DNA of 32,000 nucleotides from Pseudothioglobus sp. nBUS_23 (GCF_051201565.1 NZ_CP179200.1:360001-392000), one strand, 5' to 3'. Positions 1-10,434 are shown, counted from the stretch's first letter. Notes: generated by a model not told the origin, from the sequence alone. Numbers and translations are program-made.

Positions 1-251
1 GATAAGTCATCTTTGTTATTGATATTCCCACAAATAACATCACCTTGAAATCCAATGAGATTTTTATAGTGTCCAAAACTATGGAGATTCCCATTAGAAA
101 AGGTATTTTCATTCCTAAAACAATCAAAGATTATTATTTTAGCTTTTGGAAAGTTTTCTTGAAAATAAAAAGCCAGATTGCTTCCAATAAATCCTGCGCC
201 ACCAGTAATTAGTATTATTTTATTGTTGAAATTGATATCACTGAAATTCAT
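1..251 (-). CDS. NAD(P)-dependent sugar epimerase/dehydratase (extended SDR, HldD/ADP-heptose 6-epimerase-like). Only the N-terminal 83 codons are present; the gene continues past the window start.
   Basis: My own reverse-strand translation starts at an ATG (complement of 249-251): MNFSDINFNNKIILITGGAGFIGSNLAFYFQENFPKAKIIIFDCFRNENTFSNGNLHSFGHYKNLIGFQGDVICGNINNKDDL. It has no stop down to position 1 and contains the TGGAGFIGS Rossmann motif. It is absent from the supplied ORF track because it is open at the window edge. Confidence 0.6.
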   Translation of the reverse strand, partial: MNFSDINFNNKIILITGGAGFIGSNLAFYFQENFPKAKIIIFDCFRNENTFSNGNLHSFGHYKNLIGFQGDVICGNINNKDDL

Positions 252-272
252 ATTTGACTATATTTGACTATA
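251..272. repeat. Perfect tandem direct repeat TATTTGACTA x2 (plus TA of a third unit), abutting the start codon of the minus-strand gene
   Basis: Read directly: 251-260 and 261-270 are identical (tatttgacta) and are followed by ta. Each unit contains TTGACT, which resembles a -35 element. Confidence 0.9.
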
Positions 273-456
273 AGTAACTCATTAATTGATATTTTATAAT
301 AAATACTATATTAATTAAGCAAGTTATAAAATATCAGCTAGAGGCTTATATTTCATACAGAAGCTACTATTAAATACGTAATGGTATAAAATGTTTTTCT
401 TTGGCACTAAATTACTTTTATTAAAATAGATAGTGCATTTCAATTGGATTATCTAA
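252..456. promoter_or_regulatory. Divergent intergenic region, presumed to hold the promoters for the minus-strand SDR gene and the 31-gene plus-strand array (inferred, not mapped)
   Basis: This is the only large non-coding gap between oppositely oriented genes. TGGTATAAA at 382-390 resembles an extended -10 about 66 nt upstream of the ATG at 457. TATAAT occurs at 295-300. Such matches are expected by chance in sequence this AT-rich. Confidence 0.3.
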
Positions 457-1725
457 ATGGCTGAAAAAGTAATCGCGGTTATTGGACTTGGATATGTTGG
501 CCTCCCTCTGGCTGTAGAGTTTGGAAAGAAACGCAAAGTAGTTGGATATGATATTGATAAACGTAGGATTTCAGAACTAAAAAAATTTATCGATAGTACC
601 CTAGAAATTAGATCGAAAGACTTATCTGACTCTTCCCAACTATCTTTTACATCTGATTTAAAAGATATTGAAAGTTGTTCAATATATATAGTTACTGTTC
701 CCACACCAATTAATGATGACAAATCTCCAAAATTAGATGCCTTAGAGGGTTCTTCAAAAAGTGTCGCAAGTGTGTTAAAGAAAAACGATATTGTAATTTA
801 TGAATCCACTGTTTATCCTGGAGCTACAGAAGAATTTTGTGTTCCAATTCTAGAAAAATATTCTGGTTTAAAATTCAATGTCGATTTTTTTTGTGGCTAC
901 TCTCCAGAACGGATAAATCCTGGTGATAAGGTTAATCGACTAATTAATATAAAAAAAGTTACTTCTGGTTCAAACCCTATAATAGCTAATGAAGTTGATA
1001 ATCTTTATTTAGAAATTATTAAAGCAGGTACTCATAAGGCTAGTAGTATAAAAATTGCTGAGGCATCAAAAGTTGTCGAAAATACCCAAAGAGATCTAAA
1101 TATTGCCCTTATGAATGAACTTTCAGTAATATTTGGAAAGCTAAAGATTGATACAGAAGAGGTTCTTCTAGCTGCAGAAACTAAATGGAATTTTTTACCA
1201 TTTAGGCCAGGGTTGGTTGGAGGTCATTGTATTCATGTTGACCCATATTACTTAGCATATAAATCACTTGAGTTGGGCCATAATCCAGAAATTATTCTAT
1301 CTGGTAGAAGAATGAACGATGGTATGGGGTCATATGTTGCAAATCAAGTTGCATCACTTATGGAGAAAAAAAATATTAGTTTCTTAAATGCAAATATACT
1401 AGTTATGGGCCTTACATTCAAAGAAAATTGCCCTGATTTGCGCAATACTAATGTTATTAATTTGATTACAAAATTTCAAGATCTAGGTTGTAACGTTGAT
1501 GTTTATGATCCTTGGGTTGAAAAAGAAAACGCATTCAAAGAATTTGGTATAAATATCATTGAAAAGCCGTTAAATAACAAATATGATGGCATTGTTCTAG
1601 CAGTGGCACATGATCATTTTAAAAATATTCCACTTGCGACATTAAATGACTTTGGTAAAGATAATTTTGTTCTTTATGATATAAAATATATCTTAAAAGC
1701 TCATGAAGTTGATGGAAGGCTTTAA
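457..1725 (+). CDS. Nucleotide-sugar 6-dehydrogenase (UDP-glucose/GDP-mannose dehydrogenase family, TviB/WbpO/WbpA-like). Probably the UDP-N-acetylhexosamine 6-dehydrogenase that supplies the uronate pathway.
   Basis: N-terminal Rossmann motif IAVIGLGYVGLPLA; catalytic-Cys motif GGHCIHVDPYYL; length of 422 aa typical for the family. The substrate assignment is inferred from the wlbABC genes in the same cluster. Confidence 0.85.
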   Translation: MAEKVIAVIGLGYVGLPLAVEFGKKRKVVGYDIDKRRISELKKFIDSTLEIRSKDLSDSSQLSFTSDLKDIESCSIYIVTVPTPINDDKSPKLDALEGSSKSVASVLKKNDIVIYESTVYPGATEEFCVPILEKYSGLKFNVDFFCGYSPERINPGDKVNRLINIKKVTSGSNPIIANEVDNLYLEIIKAGTHKASSIKIAEASKVVENTQRDLNIALMNELSVIFGKLKIDTEEVLLAAETKWNFLPFRPGLVGGHCIHVDPYYLAYKSLELGHNPEIILSGRRMNDGMGSYVANQVASLMEKKNISFLNANILVMGLTFKENCPDLRNTNVINLITKFQDLGCNVDVYDPWVEKENAFKEFGINIIEKPLNNKYDGIVLAVAHDHFKNIPLATLNDFGKDNFVLYDIKYILKAHEVDGRL

Positions 1726-1782
1726 AAAAATAGAATATCAATATTAAAGTTAGAATTATTTTTACTACTGAGGGATAAAGAA

Positions 1783-2814
1783 TTGAAAAAAGCTTTTATA
1801 ACAGGCGTGACTGGTCAAGATGGGTCCTACCTAGCTGAGTTACTTCTAGAAAAAAATTATGAAGTGCATGCAATTATTAGAAGAACTTCGATTTTTAATA
1901 CATCTAGAATTGATCACCTAGATTCTAATCCAAATTTTATTACTTACTATGGAGACCTAACTGATTCAAGCAACCTTAATAGAATTCTGAGGAAAATACA
2001 ACCTGATGAGATCTATAATTTAGGAGCACAGTCCCATGTTGCTGTATCTTTTGAAGTACCTGAATATACTGCTGATGTTGATGCAATTGGAGCCATTAGA
2101 CTATTAGATATAATTATTGATTTAAAGTTGAAATGTAAGTACTACCAGGCTTCTACATCGGAGCTATACGGAGGTATTCCTGGAACAGAGCCACAAAATG
2201 AACTAACACCTTTTTATCCAAAATCTCCATATGGAGCTGCAAAATTATATGCATATTGGGTCACAGTTAATTATCGTGAGTCATATGGCCTCTTTGCTTG
2301 TAATGGAATTTTATTTAATCACGAATCGCCTCGAAGAGGAGAAACTTTTGTTACCAAAAAGATAACTCAGGCAGTAGCGAAAATTATTCAAGGTAAGCAA
2401 GAGTATTTAGAGCTTGGTAATTTGGATGCAAAACGAGACTGGGGGCATGCCAAGGATTTTGTTTATGCTCAGTGGCTAATGTTGCAGCAAGAAACACCAA
2501 AAGACTATGTGATTGCAACAGGTGAAACTCACACTGTTAGGGAGTTTGTTGAAGCAGCTTTTAAGGAGGTGTCCATTGATATTTCATGGCAGGGAGTTGG
2601 TGTAAATGAACAAGGCATTGATTCTAGTTCAGGCAATGTCCTTGTTAAAGTTGCAGAGAGGTATTTTCGCCCATCTGAAGTTGAAATATTATTGGGCGAC
2701 CCTTCTAAGGCTGAAGATGAATTAAATTGGACAAGAAAAATATCCTTTAATGAGCTTGTTTCTGGAATGGTTAGATATGATTTAGAAAATGAAGAATATG
2801 GTGGCAAAGAATGA
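1783..2814 (+). CDS. gmd: GDP-mannose 4,6-dehydratase
   Basis: [17 protein letters not shown] Rossmann motif; [19 protein letters not shown] (YxxxK) and [17 protein letters not shown] motifs. A TTG start is required because the Rossmann motif begins at residue 5. Confidence 0.9.
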   Translation: MKKAFITGVTGQDGSYLAELLLEKNYEVHAIIRRTSIFNTSRIDHLDSNPNFITYYGDLTDSSNLNRILRKIQPDEIYNLGAQSHVAVSFEVPEYTADVDAIGAIRLLDIIIDLKLKCKYYQASTSELYGGIPGTEPQNELTPFYPKSPYGAAKLYAYWVTVNYRESYGLFACNGILFNHESPRRGETFVTKKITQAVAKIIQGKQEYLELGNLDAKRDWGHAKDFVYAQWLMLQQETPKDYVIATGETHTVREFVEAAFKEVSIDISWQGVGVNEQGIDSSSGNVLVKVAERYFRPSEVEILLGDPSKAEDELNWTRKISFNELVSGMVRYDLENEEYGGKE

Positions 2815-3335
2815 GCATAGATTTTCAAATTGAGAAGTCTAATATAATAAATGATGTTTTGATCATTACCCCATCTATCTCTGAAGATGCACGAGGCAAT
2901 ATATGGACTTCATTTTTACATAGTGAGATTGACGAATTACTTCCAGAAGGCCTTTTTTTTAAGCATGATAAATTCTCTTTTTCAAAGAATAATGTATTAA
3001 GGGGTATTCATGGTGATAGTAAATCATGGAAATTGGTAACCTGTATTCATGGTGAAATTCAACAAGTTGTGGTTGATCTTAGGAAAGAATCACAAACTTA
3101 TATGCATTGGGCAGACTTTACAATTAGTCATAATAATCAAATTTTGATATTGTTACCTCCAATGATGGGCAATGCATATCACGTAAAAAGTAAAGATGCT
3201 TTATATCATTATAAGTTGGCATATGAGGGAAACTATATTGATGCTGATCAGCAGCTTACTTACAGATGGAATGATGAAGAAATAGGTATTAAGTGGGACT
3301 GTAAAAAGCCCATTTTGTCAGATAGAGATAAATAG
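2811..3335 (+). CDS. RmlC-like cupin sugar-nucleotide 3,5- (or 3- or 5-) epimerase
   Basis: 174 aa. Pattern [10 protein letters not shown] ... VLRGIHGD ... [21 protein letters not shown] ... NAYHV ... YHYKL matches the dTDP-4-dehydrorhamnose 3,5-epimerase family. ATGA overlap with gmd. Confidence 0.75.
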   Translation: MSIDFQIEKSNIINDVLIITPSISEDARGNIWTSFLHSEIDELLPEGLFFKHDKFSFSKNNVLRGIHGDSKSWKLVTCIHGEIQQVVVDLRKESQTYMHWADFTISHNNQILILLPPMMGNAYHVKSKDALYHYKLAYEGNYIDADQQLTYRWNDEEIGIKWDCKKPILSDRDK

Positions 3336-3344
3336 GAGTTTTTT

Positions 3345-3752
3345 ATGGAAAAGATTAAACATAATAATCAAATTATCTCAATAATTTACCGTGAGTCAGA
3401 TTGGGTTAAAGGTTTAAATTTTGTTACGCCAGATGAGTTATTTGTGCAGGTAGGTTCTTGGTGGTACGATAAGGGTAAAAAATTAGATTCTCATATTCAT
3501 AAGGAGTTTGATCGCAATGCAACAAGAACCCAAGAGACAATTTATGTCAAACAAGGTTCAGTTAAAGTGCTTTTGTTCACTGAAAAAGAGGAGTTTTTTA
3601 AAGATTATGTTCTCTATCAAGGTGATCTAGCAGTTTTTGGCTATGGCGGGCATGGCTATGAGATACTTGAAGACGATACTCAAATTATAGAATCAAAAAA
3701 TGGCCCATTTATTAATGTTGATTCAGATAAGAAAAAGTTCAATAATAAATAG
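3345..3752 (+). CDS. Small cupin-fold protein, possibly a sugar ketoisomerase or epimerase
   Basis: 135 aa. HxH-type cupin motif 1 (DSHIHKEF) and a motif-2-like segment (GDLAVFGYGGHGYEI). AGGAG Shine-Dalgarno-like sequence 7 nt upstream. The function is inferred from context only. Confidence 0.45.
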   Translation: MEKIKHNNQIISIIYRESDWVKGLNFVTPDELFVQVGSWWYDKGKKLDSHIHKEFDRNATRTQETIYVKQGSVKVLLFTEKEEFFKDYVLYQGDLAVFGYGGHGYEILEDDTQIIESKNGPFINVDSDKKKFNNK

Positions 3753-3760
3753 ATCTTATA

Positions 3761-4312
3761 ATGAAATTACATTTAGGTTGTTGGTCTCGATATATTAAAG
3801 GTTTTATTCATATTGATTTGTTAGATATGGAGCATATTGATTATCAATGCAACATAGATAATCTATCAATGTTTGAAAATGACACGGTTTCATTAATCTA
3901 CTCTTCTCATAATTTTGAATATTTTGATCGTGATAAGGCAAAAGAAGTATTAAAAGAATGGCGAAGAGTATTAAAGCCAAAGGGAATTTTGAGAATCGCA
4001 GTCCCTGATTTTGACAAATTAATTGAGGTTTATCAAAACACAGGGGAAATTAATAATATTCTAGGGCCATTGTTTGGAAAGATGAATATAAAAACACAAA
4101 AGGAGGAAATAGAAATTTATCATAAGACTGTTTATAACTTTACTAGTTTGGTTAAGTTACTTAATGAAAGTGGTTTTGAAGATGTGGCGAAGTATGATTG
4201 GCGAGATAGTGTTCATAGAGACTATGATGATCACTCACAAGCATATTTTCCGCATATGGATAAAGAAAATGGAATTTTAATTAGTTTAAATGTTGAGGCT
4301 GTAAAAGCATGA
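3761..4312 (+). CDS. Class I SAM-dependent methyltransferase (Methyltransf_11-like)
   Basis: N-terminal KLHLGCW..GFIHIDL (a variant of the LNLGCG motif I) and RVLKPKGILRIAVPD (post-motif II/III). Confidence 0.6.
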   Translation: MKLHLGCWSRYIKGFIHIDLLDMEHIDYQCNIDNLSMFENDTVSLIYSSHNFEYFDRDKAKEVLKEWRRVLKPKGILRIAVPDFDKLIEVYQNTGEINNILGPLFGKMNIKTQKEEIEIYHKTVYNFTSLVKLLNESGFEDVAKYDWRDSVHRDYDDHSQAYFPHMDKENGILISLNVEAVKA

Positions 4313-5400
4313 ATGATTTTATTATGCAAATGCGTCCTTGGTTTGGAAAGGAAGAAAAAAAAGCCATTAGTGATTATATGGATGAAGATGGCTTTATAAC
4401 TGAGTTTCATAGAACGCAAAGATTTGAAAAAATGATTGCTGAGTTTATAGGAGCTAAGCATTGCGTTGTCGTAAATAATGGTACAGTCAGTTTAACGCTA
4501 GCAGCAATTGCAGCTGGAATTAAAGCGAATGATGAGGTAATTGTTCCTAATTACACTATGGTGGCGACACCTAATTCAATCAAATTGTTTGGAGCAGAGC
4601 CTGTTTTTGTTGATGTTGAACCAGAAACCTTATGTTTAGATATAGAACTCGTCAAAAAGGCAATTACTAAAAAAACAAAAGCAATAATGCTTGTTACTGC
4701 AAATGGAAGGTATCCAAAGTCAGGAATTGATTCATTTGAAAAACTTTGTAAAGAGAGAGGACTTGTTCTAATAGAAGATGCAGCTCAATCATTGGGCTCG
4801 TATTTTCCTGATGGGAGGCATATGGGTACAGCAGGTTTAGTGGGTAGTTTTTCATTTTCTGCACCTAAGGTTATATCTACTGGTCAGGGAGGGGCAGTAG
4901 TTACTAATAATGATGTGGTAGCTAATAAATTACGAAAATTAAAAGACTTTGGAAGGAGTGTTGGAGGTAATGATATTCATGATGAAATAGGCTATAACTT
5001 TAAATTTACAGAACTACAAGCTTGTATTGGTATAGAGCAGATGAAAAAATTATCTTGGAGATTAGATAGAAAAAAACAAATTTTAAAGCTTTATAAAGCG
5101 CTATTAAAAGAGGTTTCTCAAATACAGTTTTTCAATCAAGAATTATCTTATACAACCCCTTGGTTCATTGATTGTCTTGTGGAAGATAGAGAAAATTTGA
5201 TATCTTATTTAAAAGATCAAAATGTTGGGTCTAGAGTAATGTACCCACCAATTAATAAACAATTAGCATACAAAATTCCTGGTAGTTTTGTTGTTTCTGA
5301 TTTTGTTGGTGAAAATGGCTTATGGTTGCCCTCTTCGGGTCAGCTTGAAGATTCACAAATTAAAAAAGTTTGTAATTTAATTCATGATTTCTATTTATAA
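4309..5400 (+). CDS. DegT/DnrJ/EryC1/StrS-family PLP-dependent sugar aminotransferase. A GDP-perosamine-synthase-like role is possible.
   Basis: [41 protein letters not shown], and the PLP-lysine context [23 protein letters not shown] overlap with the upstream gene. Confidence 0.85.
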   Translation: MNDFIMQMRPWFGKEEKKAISDYMDEDGFITEFHRTQRFEKMIAEFIGAKHCVVVNNGTVSLTLAAIAAGIKANDEVIVPNYTMVATPNSIKLFGAEPVFVDVEPETLCLDIELVKKAITKKTKAIMLVTANGRYPKSGIDSFEKLCKERGLVLIEDAAQSLGSYFPDGRHMGTAGLVGSFSFSAPKVISTGQGGAVVTNNDVVANKLRKLKDFGRSVGGNDIHDEIGYNFKFTELQACIGIEQMKKLSWRLDRKKQILKLYKALLKEVSQIQFFNQELSYTTPWFIDCLVEDRENLISYLKDQNVGSRVMYPPINKQLAYKIPGSFVVSDFVGENGLWLPSSGQLEDSQIKKVCNLIHDFYL

Positions 5401-5405
5401 ATTTT

Positions 5406-6365
5406 ATGATGAGAAAAAAGATTTATGTAGCTGGCCATAATGGAATGGTTGGAAGTTCAATCTGCAGGCAGCTTTCAAAAGAGTCTGTTAATATCTTAAC
5501 TAGGTCACATCAAGAACTTGATTTAACAAACCAAGGTAAAGTATCGGACTTTTTTACAAGAGAATCACCAGATGAAGTTTTCATTGCTGCAGGGAGGGTT
5601 GGTGGCATTCTAGCTAATAGTACTTTTCCTGCTGATTTTTTATATCAAAATCTAATGATACAAACTAATATTATTGATGCTGCCTTTAAAAATGGAGTCA
5701 AAAAGCTGCTTTTTATTGGATCTAGTAGTATTTATCCAAAGCTATCAAAGCAACCAATGCAGGAAAATTTGTTATTAACTGGCCCACTTGAAACTTCTAA
5801 TGAGGCCTACTCAATAGCAAAAATAGCTGGAATAAAAATGTGTGAAAGTTATAACAAACAATATGGAGAAAGTCATGGCTTGAGTTATCGAAGTATTATT
5901 CCAACAAATCTATATGGAACTGGAGATAACTATCATCCAAAAAATAGTCATGTTATTCCTGCACTAATAAGAAAAGTTCATGAAGCCAAAGTAATGAATC
6001 AAACATTGAATGTCTGGGGAAGTGGAAAAGCAAAAAGAGAGTTTTTATTTGTTGATGACCTGGCTTCTGCATCTATTTTTATAATGAATTTAAATAATGA
6101 CACTTATTCTAAATCTGTTGATTTAAACTGTAGTCATATTAATGTTGGTTATGGTGGGGATATGTCAATTGAAACATTAGTAAATTGCATAGCTGAGATT
6201 GTGGACTTCAAGGGTTCAATTAAATTTGATAAATCTCAGCCTGAAGGCGTGCAGAGGAAATTTTTAGATAGTTCAAAATTGAATCATCTTGGATGGAATC
6301 CAAAAGTTTCATTAGTCGATGGATTAAGAATTGCATATGATGATTTTTTAAGACAATTACAATGA
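5406..6365 (+). CDS. fcl: GDP-L-fucose synthase (GDP-4-keto-6-deoxy-D-mannose 3,5-epimerase/4-reductase)
   Basis: [52 protein letters not shown] (YxxxK), [30 protein letters not shown]. Confidence 0.85.
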   Translation: MMRKKIYVAGHNGMVGSSICRQLSKESVNILTRSHQELDLTNQGKVSDFFTRESPDEVFIAAGRVGGILANSTFPADFLYQNLMIQTNIIDAAFKNGVKKLLFIGSSSIYPKLSKQPMQENLLLTGPLETSNEAYSIAKIAGIKMCESYNKQYGESHGLSYRSIIPTNLYGTGDNYHPKNSHVIPALIRKVHEAKVMNQTLNVWGSGKAKREFLFVDDLASASIFIMNLNNDTYSKSVDLNCSHINVGYGGDMSIETLVNCIAEIVDFKGSIKFDKSQPEGVQRKFLDSSKLNHLGWNPKVSLVDGLRIAYDDFLRQLQ

Positions 6366-7225
6366 TCATTTATTATTCTTCTTGGGGAATTGGAAATGAG
6401 TTTTTTCAATATGCATACTTGAGAAGTATTTCAAAAGAAAATGAAAAAATATTTTGTTTAGGAGGAATGCAAGAATTAAAAGAGGGTGTGGAACTCAATG
6501 ATTCAAACTTTTTTATTTATACGCCTGGTCGAGTAATAAACTCTGTACTTCGGATCCTATTATTCCCAACCTTAGTATGGTTAGCAAAAAAAAGGGTATT
6601 TAATTTATATGAGCACAGACGAAATGATAAAGGCTTCTATCTGTATAAAAATTCAAAAAAGAAGGGTTTAATTCCAATAAACTTCTTAGAAACTGATTTT
6701 TTTCAGTGTGAATACATTCTAGATTTTAATAAAATTCATTTTGAATTGAAAAAAAAGTTTATTCAGCAAGCAAGTGAGATATTTTCTAGCTTTCCAAATG
6801 GGAGAAAAAAAGTTTTTGTTCATTTAAGAAGAGGAGATTATTTAAAAGAAACCTTTAATAATCAAAAGGGAGTTAATTTGCCATTTTCTTACTACAAATC
6901 AGCTCTTGAAATGATTAAAAAAGATATTCGAGATCCTTATTTTATTTTTTTATCTGATGATAGTGATTATGTTGAGCAGGCATTTAGGCATATAAGTGAG
7001 TCAGATAAATATATATCAACTAATCATCCTCTAGTAGATTTAGCTTTAATGTCTTTGTGTGAATATGGAATTTGTTCTAATAGTACTTTTTCATGGTGGG
7101 GATCATATTTAATGAAAAAAAAAGAAAAAGTCATTTTTCCTAAATATTGGTATGGCTGGAAAACAAAAGTAGAATCACATCCAGGCATACAACCTTCTTG
7201 GTCAAGTGTCATTGAAGTGAGATAG
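6362..7225 (+). CDS. GT11 alpha-1,2-fucosyltransferase
   Basis: The three GT11 signature motifs are present: [15 protein letters not shown] and [16 protein letters not shown] overlap with fcl. Confidence 0.8.
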   Translation: MIIYYSSWGIGNEFFQYAYLRSISKENEKIFCLGGMQELKEGVELNDSNFFIYTPGRVINSVLRILLFPTLVWLAKKRVFNLYEHRRNDKGFYLYKNSKKKGLIPINFLETDFFQCEYILDFNKIHFELKKKFIQQASEIFSSFPNGRKKVFVHLRRGDYLKETFNNQKGVNLPFSYYKSALEMIKKDIRDPYFIFLSDDSDYVEQAFRHISESDKYISTNHPLVDLALMSLCEYGICSNSTFSWWGSYLMKKKEKVIFPKYWYGWKTKVESHPGIQPSWSSVIEVR

Positions 7226-7277
7226 CTAAATAGAGTTGTTAGAGTTTTTTTGAATTCATTGGTCAAAAAGAAATATT

Positions 7278-8606
7278 ATGAATCTTCTTCCTAAATTTGT
7301 TATCGAGAAACTAGGTGATAGAAAAAATTTAATTAAGATTCTAGATAATTTAAACTGGCTTTTTCTTGATAAGATAATTAGACTTTCTGTAGGTTTATTC
7401 GTTGGTGCATGGATTGCAAGATACCTTGGCCCTGAAAAGTTTGGTATTTTTAATTATGCTTCTGCAATAGTGGGAATGGTTGCAGCTTTTGCTACTATGG
7501 GTCTAAACGCAATTCTTGTTAGAGATTTGGTCAAAAACCCAGAAGAAGCAAACGTGACACTTGGTAGTGCGTTCATGCTTCAAGTTATTGGCAGTTTTTT
7601 TGCTGTATTTTTTGTTATTACAATTTCAATGGTATTAAGCCCAGATGATAAAATATTTCAGTCATTAATCTATGTTTTTGCAATATCTCTTTTGTTTAAA
7701 TCCTCCGAGCCAATTAAGTATTGGTTTGAATCCCAAGTTGAATCAAGATATGTTGTTATTGTTGAAAACTCTGTTTTTATTCTAATTTCATTAATTAAAA
7801 TTGCTTTAATTCTTAATAATTCTGCTCTAATTGCTTTCGCTTTGATGACTTTATTAGACTCAATTTTGGTGTTCTTTAGTCTAATTTATGTTTATGTATC
7901 TAAAAAAGGAAGTTTGTTTAAATGGCGTCCAAAAATTAATAGAGCGAAGGAGTTATTACTAGAATCATGGCCAGTAATTTTTGCTTCAGCAGTTTTGATG
8001 ATTCAGGCAAGGGTTGATCAAGTGATGATTGGAACTATGATGGAGCAAATTGATGTTGGATATTATAGTACAGCCTTATATTTAATAGAGGGTGTTTGTT
8101 TTATACCAATGATTTTGATGAGCTCTATAATGCCTTCAATTGTTGAGGCGAAAAAACATTCATTTAAAAAATATCAGACTAAATTATATGACTATTACAG
8201 GCTAAATTTTGTTTTATTTATCATTGTAGCTTTACCTATCTATTTATTTTCAGAAGAGATAATTTTTCTTTTATTTGGAAAAGATTATGCCTATTCTGTG
8301 GTTTTATTGAGTGCAATGACATTCAGACTTTTTTTTGCAAATATGGGGGTTGCGCGACACGTATTTATTGTTAACGATAATTTATTGAAATTTTCCTTCT
8401 ACACTATGTTTATAGGAACTATGGTTAATATTTTATTAAATTATATTTTGATTCCGATATTTGGATCTCTAGGGGCAATTTATGCTTCATATGTTTCTTT
8501 CTTTGTTACCAGCTTTTTCATAGATTTTATCTACATAAAAACAAGGAAGAATATTAAACTAATGTTGTTGGCAATACTCTTCCCTTGGAGGAGCTATAAA
8601 GCATAA
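7278..8606 (+). CDS. wzx: Wzx-type oligosaccharide-unit flippase (polysaccharide biosynthesis protein, MOP superfamily)
   Basis: 442 aa and hydrophobic throughout, with about 12 predicted helices by eye. The N-terminal pattern NLNWLFLDKIIRLSVGLFVGAWIARYLGPEKFGIFNYA is typical of the Polysacc_synt family. Confidence 0.75.
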   Translation: MNLLPKFVIEKLGDRKNLIKILDNLNWLFLDKIIRLSVGLFVGAWIARYLGPEKFGIFNYASAIVGMVAAFATMGLNAILVRDLVKNPEEANVTLGSAFMLQVIGSFFAVFFVITISMVLSPDDKIFQSLIYVFAISLLFKSSEPIKYWFESQVESRYVVIVENSVFILISLIKIALILNNSALIAFALMTLLDSILVFFSLIYVYVSKKGSLFKWRPKINRAKELLLESWPVIFASAVLMIQARVDQVMIGTMMEQIDVGYYSTALYLIEGVCFIPMILMSSIMPSIVEAKKHSFKKYQTKLYDYYRLNFVLFIIVALPIYLFSEEIIFLLFGKDYAYSVVLLSAMTFRLFFANMGVARHVFIVNDNLLKFSFYTMFIGTMVNILLNYILIPIFGSLGAIYASYVSFFVTSFFIDFIYIKTRKNIKLMLLAILFPWRSYKA

Positions 8607-8629
8607 CAAAATGAGGTTTTGACAAAAAA

Positions 8630-9493
8630 ATGATTCAACTAGAAAAAAAAATATTGGTTACTGGCGGAGCTGGATTTATAGGTAGTCATTTATGTGAAGA
8701 GCTTTTAAAAAATTCTAATTATCATGTTTATTCTCTTGATAATTACTTTACTGGTTCAGTAAAAAATCATATTAATGGAGTAAATTACATTAGAGGAGAT
8801 ACTGAAAATATTGATCTACTTGTCGATTTTCAACCTGACGTTATATATCACCTTGGTGAATATTCTAGGGTAGAGAGGAGCTTCAAAGACCATGAAATTG
8901 TTTGGAATTCAAATATTTTGGGAACTTTTAAGGTGTTAGAGTTTGTTAAAAAAACTGGAGCTAAGTTAATTTACTGCGGCAGTAGCACTAAATTTGCTGA
9001 CAGTGGAACAGGAAAAAATCAAAGTCCTTATGCCTGGACAAAGGCTTCTAATACTGAGCTTGTCAAGAATTATGGAGATTGGTATGGCATCTCTTATGCC
9101 ATTACTTATTTTTATAATGTTTATGGTGGAAGAGAAATTGATGAAGGTATTTATGCCACCCTAATTGGTATTTTTAAAAAGCAAACAATTAAGGGGATGC
9201 CCTTAAAAGTTGTGAGCCCAGGAACTCAAAAAAGAAACTTCACACATATCGATGACATAATTTCAGGGTTAATTCTTGTTGGACAAAAAGGTCTTGGGGA
9301 TGATTTTGGAATAGGAAATTCAGATGCTTATTGCGTTTTAGATATTGCACAAATGTTTGGTGGAGAAATTGAAATGATTCCTGAAAGAAAAGGCAATAGA
9401 ATGGATGCAAAAGTCATTTCTGATAAGACAAAGGCATTAGGTTGGAGTGCATCTAAATCAATTCAAGATTACATTAAGGAAATCAAATTGTGA
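8630..9493 (+). CDS. NAD-dependent nucleotide-sugar epimerase/dehydratase (extended SDR)
   Basis: ILVTGGAGFIGSHLCEELL Rossmann motif; SPYAWTKASNTELV (YxxxK). Confidence 0.8.
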   Translation: MIQLEKKILVTGGAGFIGSHLCEELLKNSNYHVYSLDNYFTGSVKNHINGVNYIRGDTENIDLLVDFQPDVIYHLGEYSRVERSFKDHEIVWNSNILGTFKVLEFVKKTGAKLIYCGSSTKFADSGTGKNQSPYAWTKASNTELVKNYGDWYGISYAITYFYNVYGGREIDEGIYATLIGIFKKQTIKGMPLKVVSPGTQKRNFTHIDDIISGLILVGQKGLGDDFGIGNSDAYCVLDIAQMFGGEIEMIPERKGNRMDAKVISDKTKALGWSASKSIQDYIKEIKL

Positions 9494-10434
9494 CTATTGT
9501 TAATTATGAAGATGATTTAAATATAGATCAATTTAATATTCCTATACTTTTTATGATTTTTAATAAATTATCTGAATCAAAGAGAGTTTTTGAATCAATC
9601 AAGAAATGTAAACCTAAAAAAATTTACCTTGCTTCAGATGGTCCTAGAGAAAGTTTTCCAGAAGAGAAAGAAATTGTTGAGTCAATCAGGAATTATGTTG
9701 TATCGAATATTGATTGGGATTGCAAAGTTTATAAATTATTTCGTGAGCAAAATTTAGGCTGTAAATATGCTTGCAGTGGGGCTGTTGACTGGTTTTTTGA
9801 AAATGAAGAAATGGGTATTATTTTAGAAGACGATACTTTGCCAAATCAAAGCTTTTTTAAGTACTGTGAAGAATTATTGAATTATTATAAACAGGACGAA
9901 AGAGTTGGAATGATTGCTGGGAACGCTCCAATAAATAACCATAATTTTGAAAAAAGTTATTATTTTTCAAGATATGTAAGGTTTTGGGGCTGGGCAAGCT
10001 GGAGAAGAGCATGGCAAAAGTATGATGTAGAATATGAACATTTTAATAATTTTATAAAACTAGGTGGGTTAAGTGCAGCAACAAGGAGTTCAAGAGAAGA
10101 ACAGTATTGGAAAAAAATAGCCAATAATGGAATAACAAATACTTGGGACTATCAGTGGCTATTTGCTAGCTGGCAAAATTCAATGCTTACTGTTATACCT
10201 CATATTAACCTTGTAACAAATATTGGATTTTCTCCAGATGCAACCCACACTGTTAATATTGAATCTCACCATAATAATGCTGAGAGTTTTCAGATTCACC
10301 TTCCTTTAATCCACCCTAATTTTATATTTGATAATAAATTGCTTGATGATAAGGCTATTGAACAAGAATTTCTCCCTAGTTTTAAAAGAAGATTTTTATA
10401 TAGGTTTAAAAAATTTAAAAAGTTATTTCTATGA
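9490..10434 (+). CDS. GT-A fold glycosyltransferase (nucleotide-diphospho-sugar transferase family, often annotated HlpA-like)
   Basis: PILFMIFNK ... YLASDGPR ... NLGCKYA ... GIILEDDTLP (DxD-type motif) ... RFWGWASWRRAW. A GTG start overlaps the upstream TGA. The next in-frame Met would remove the conserved N-terminus. Confidence 0.5.
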   Translation: MTIVNYEDDLNIDQFNIPILFMIFNKLSESKRVFESIKKCKPKKIYLASDGPRESFPEEKEIVESIRNYVVSNIDWDCKVYKLFREQNLGCKYACSGAVDWFFENEEMGIILEDDTLPNQSFFKYCEELLNYYKQDERVGMIAGNAPINNHNFEKSYYFSRYVRFWGWASWRRAWQKYDVEYEHFNNFIKLGGLSAATRSSREEQYWKKIANNGITNTWDYQWLFASWQNSMLTVIPHINLVTNIGFSPDATHTVNIESHHNNAESFQIHLPLIHPNFIFDNKLLDDKAIEQEFLPSFKRRFLYRFKKFKKLFL

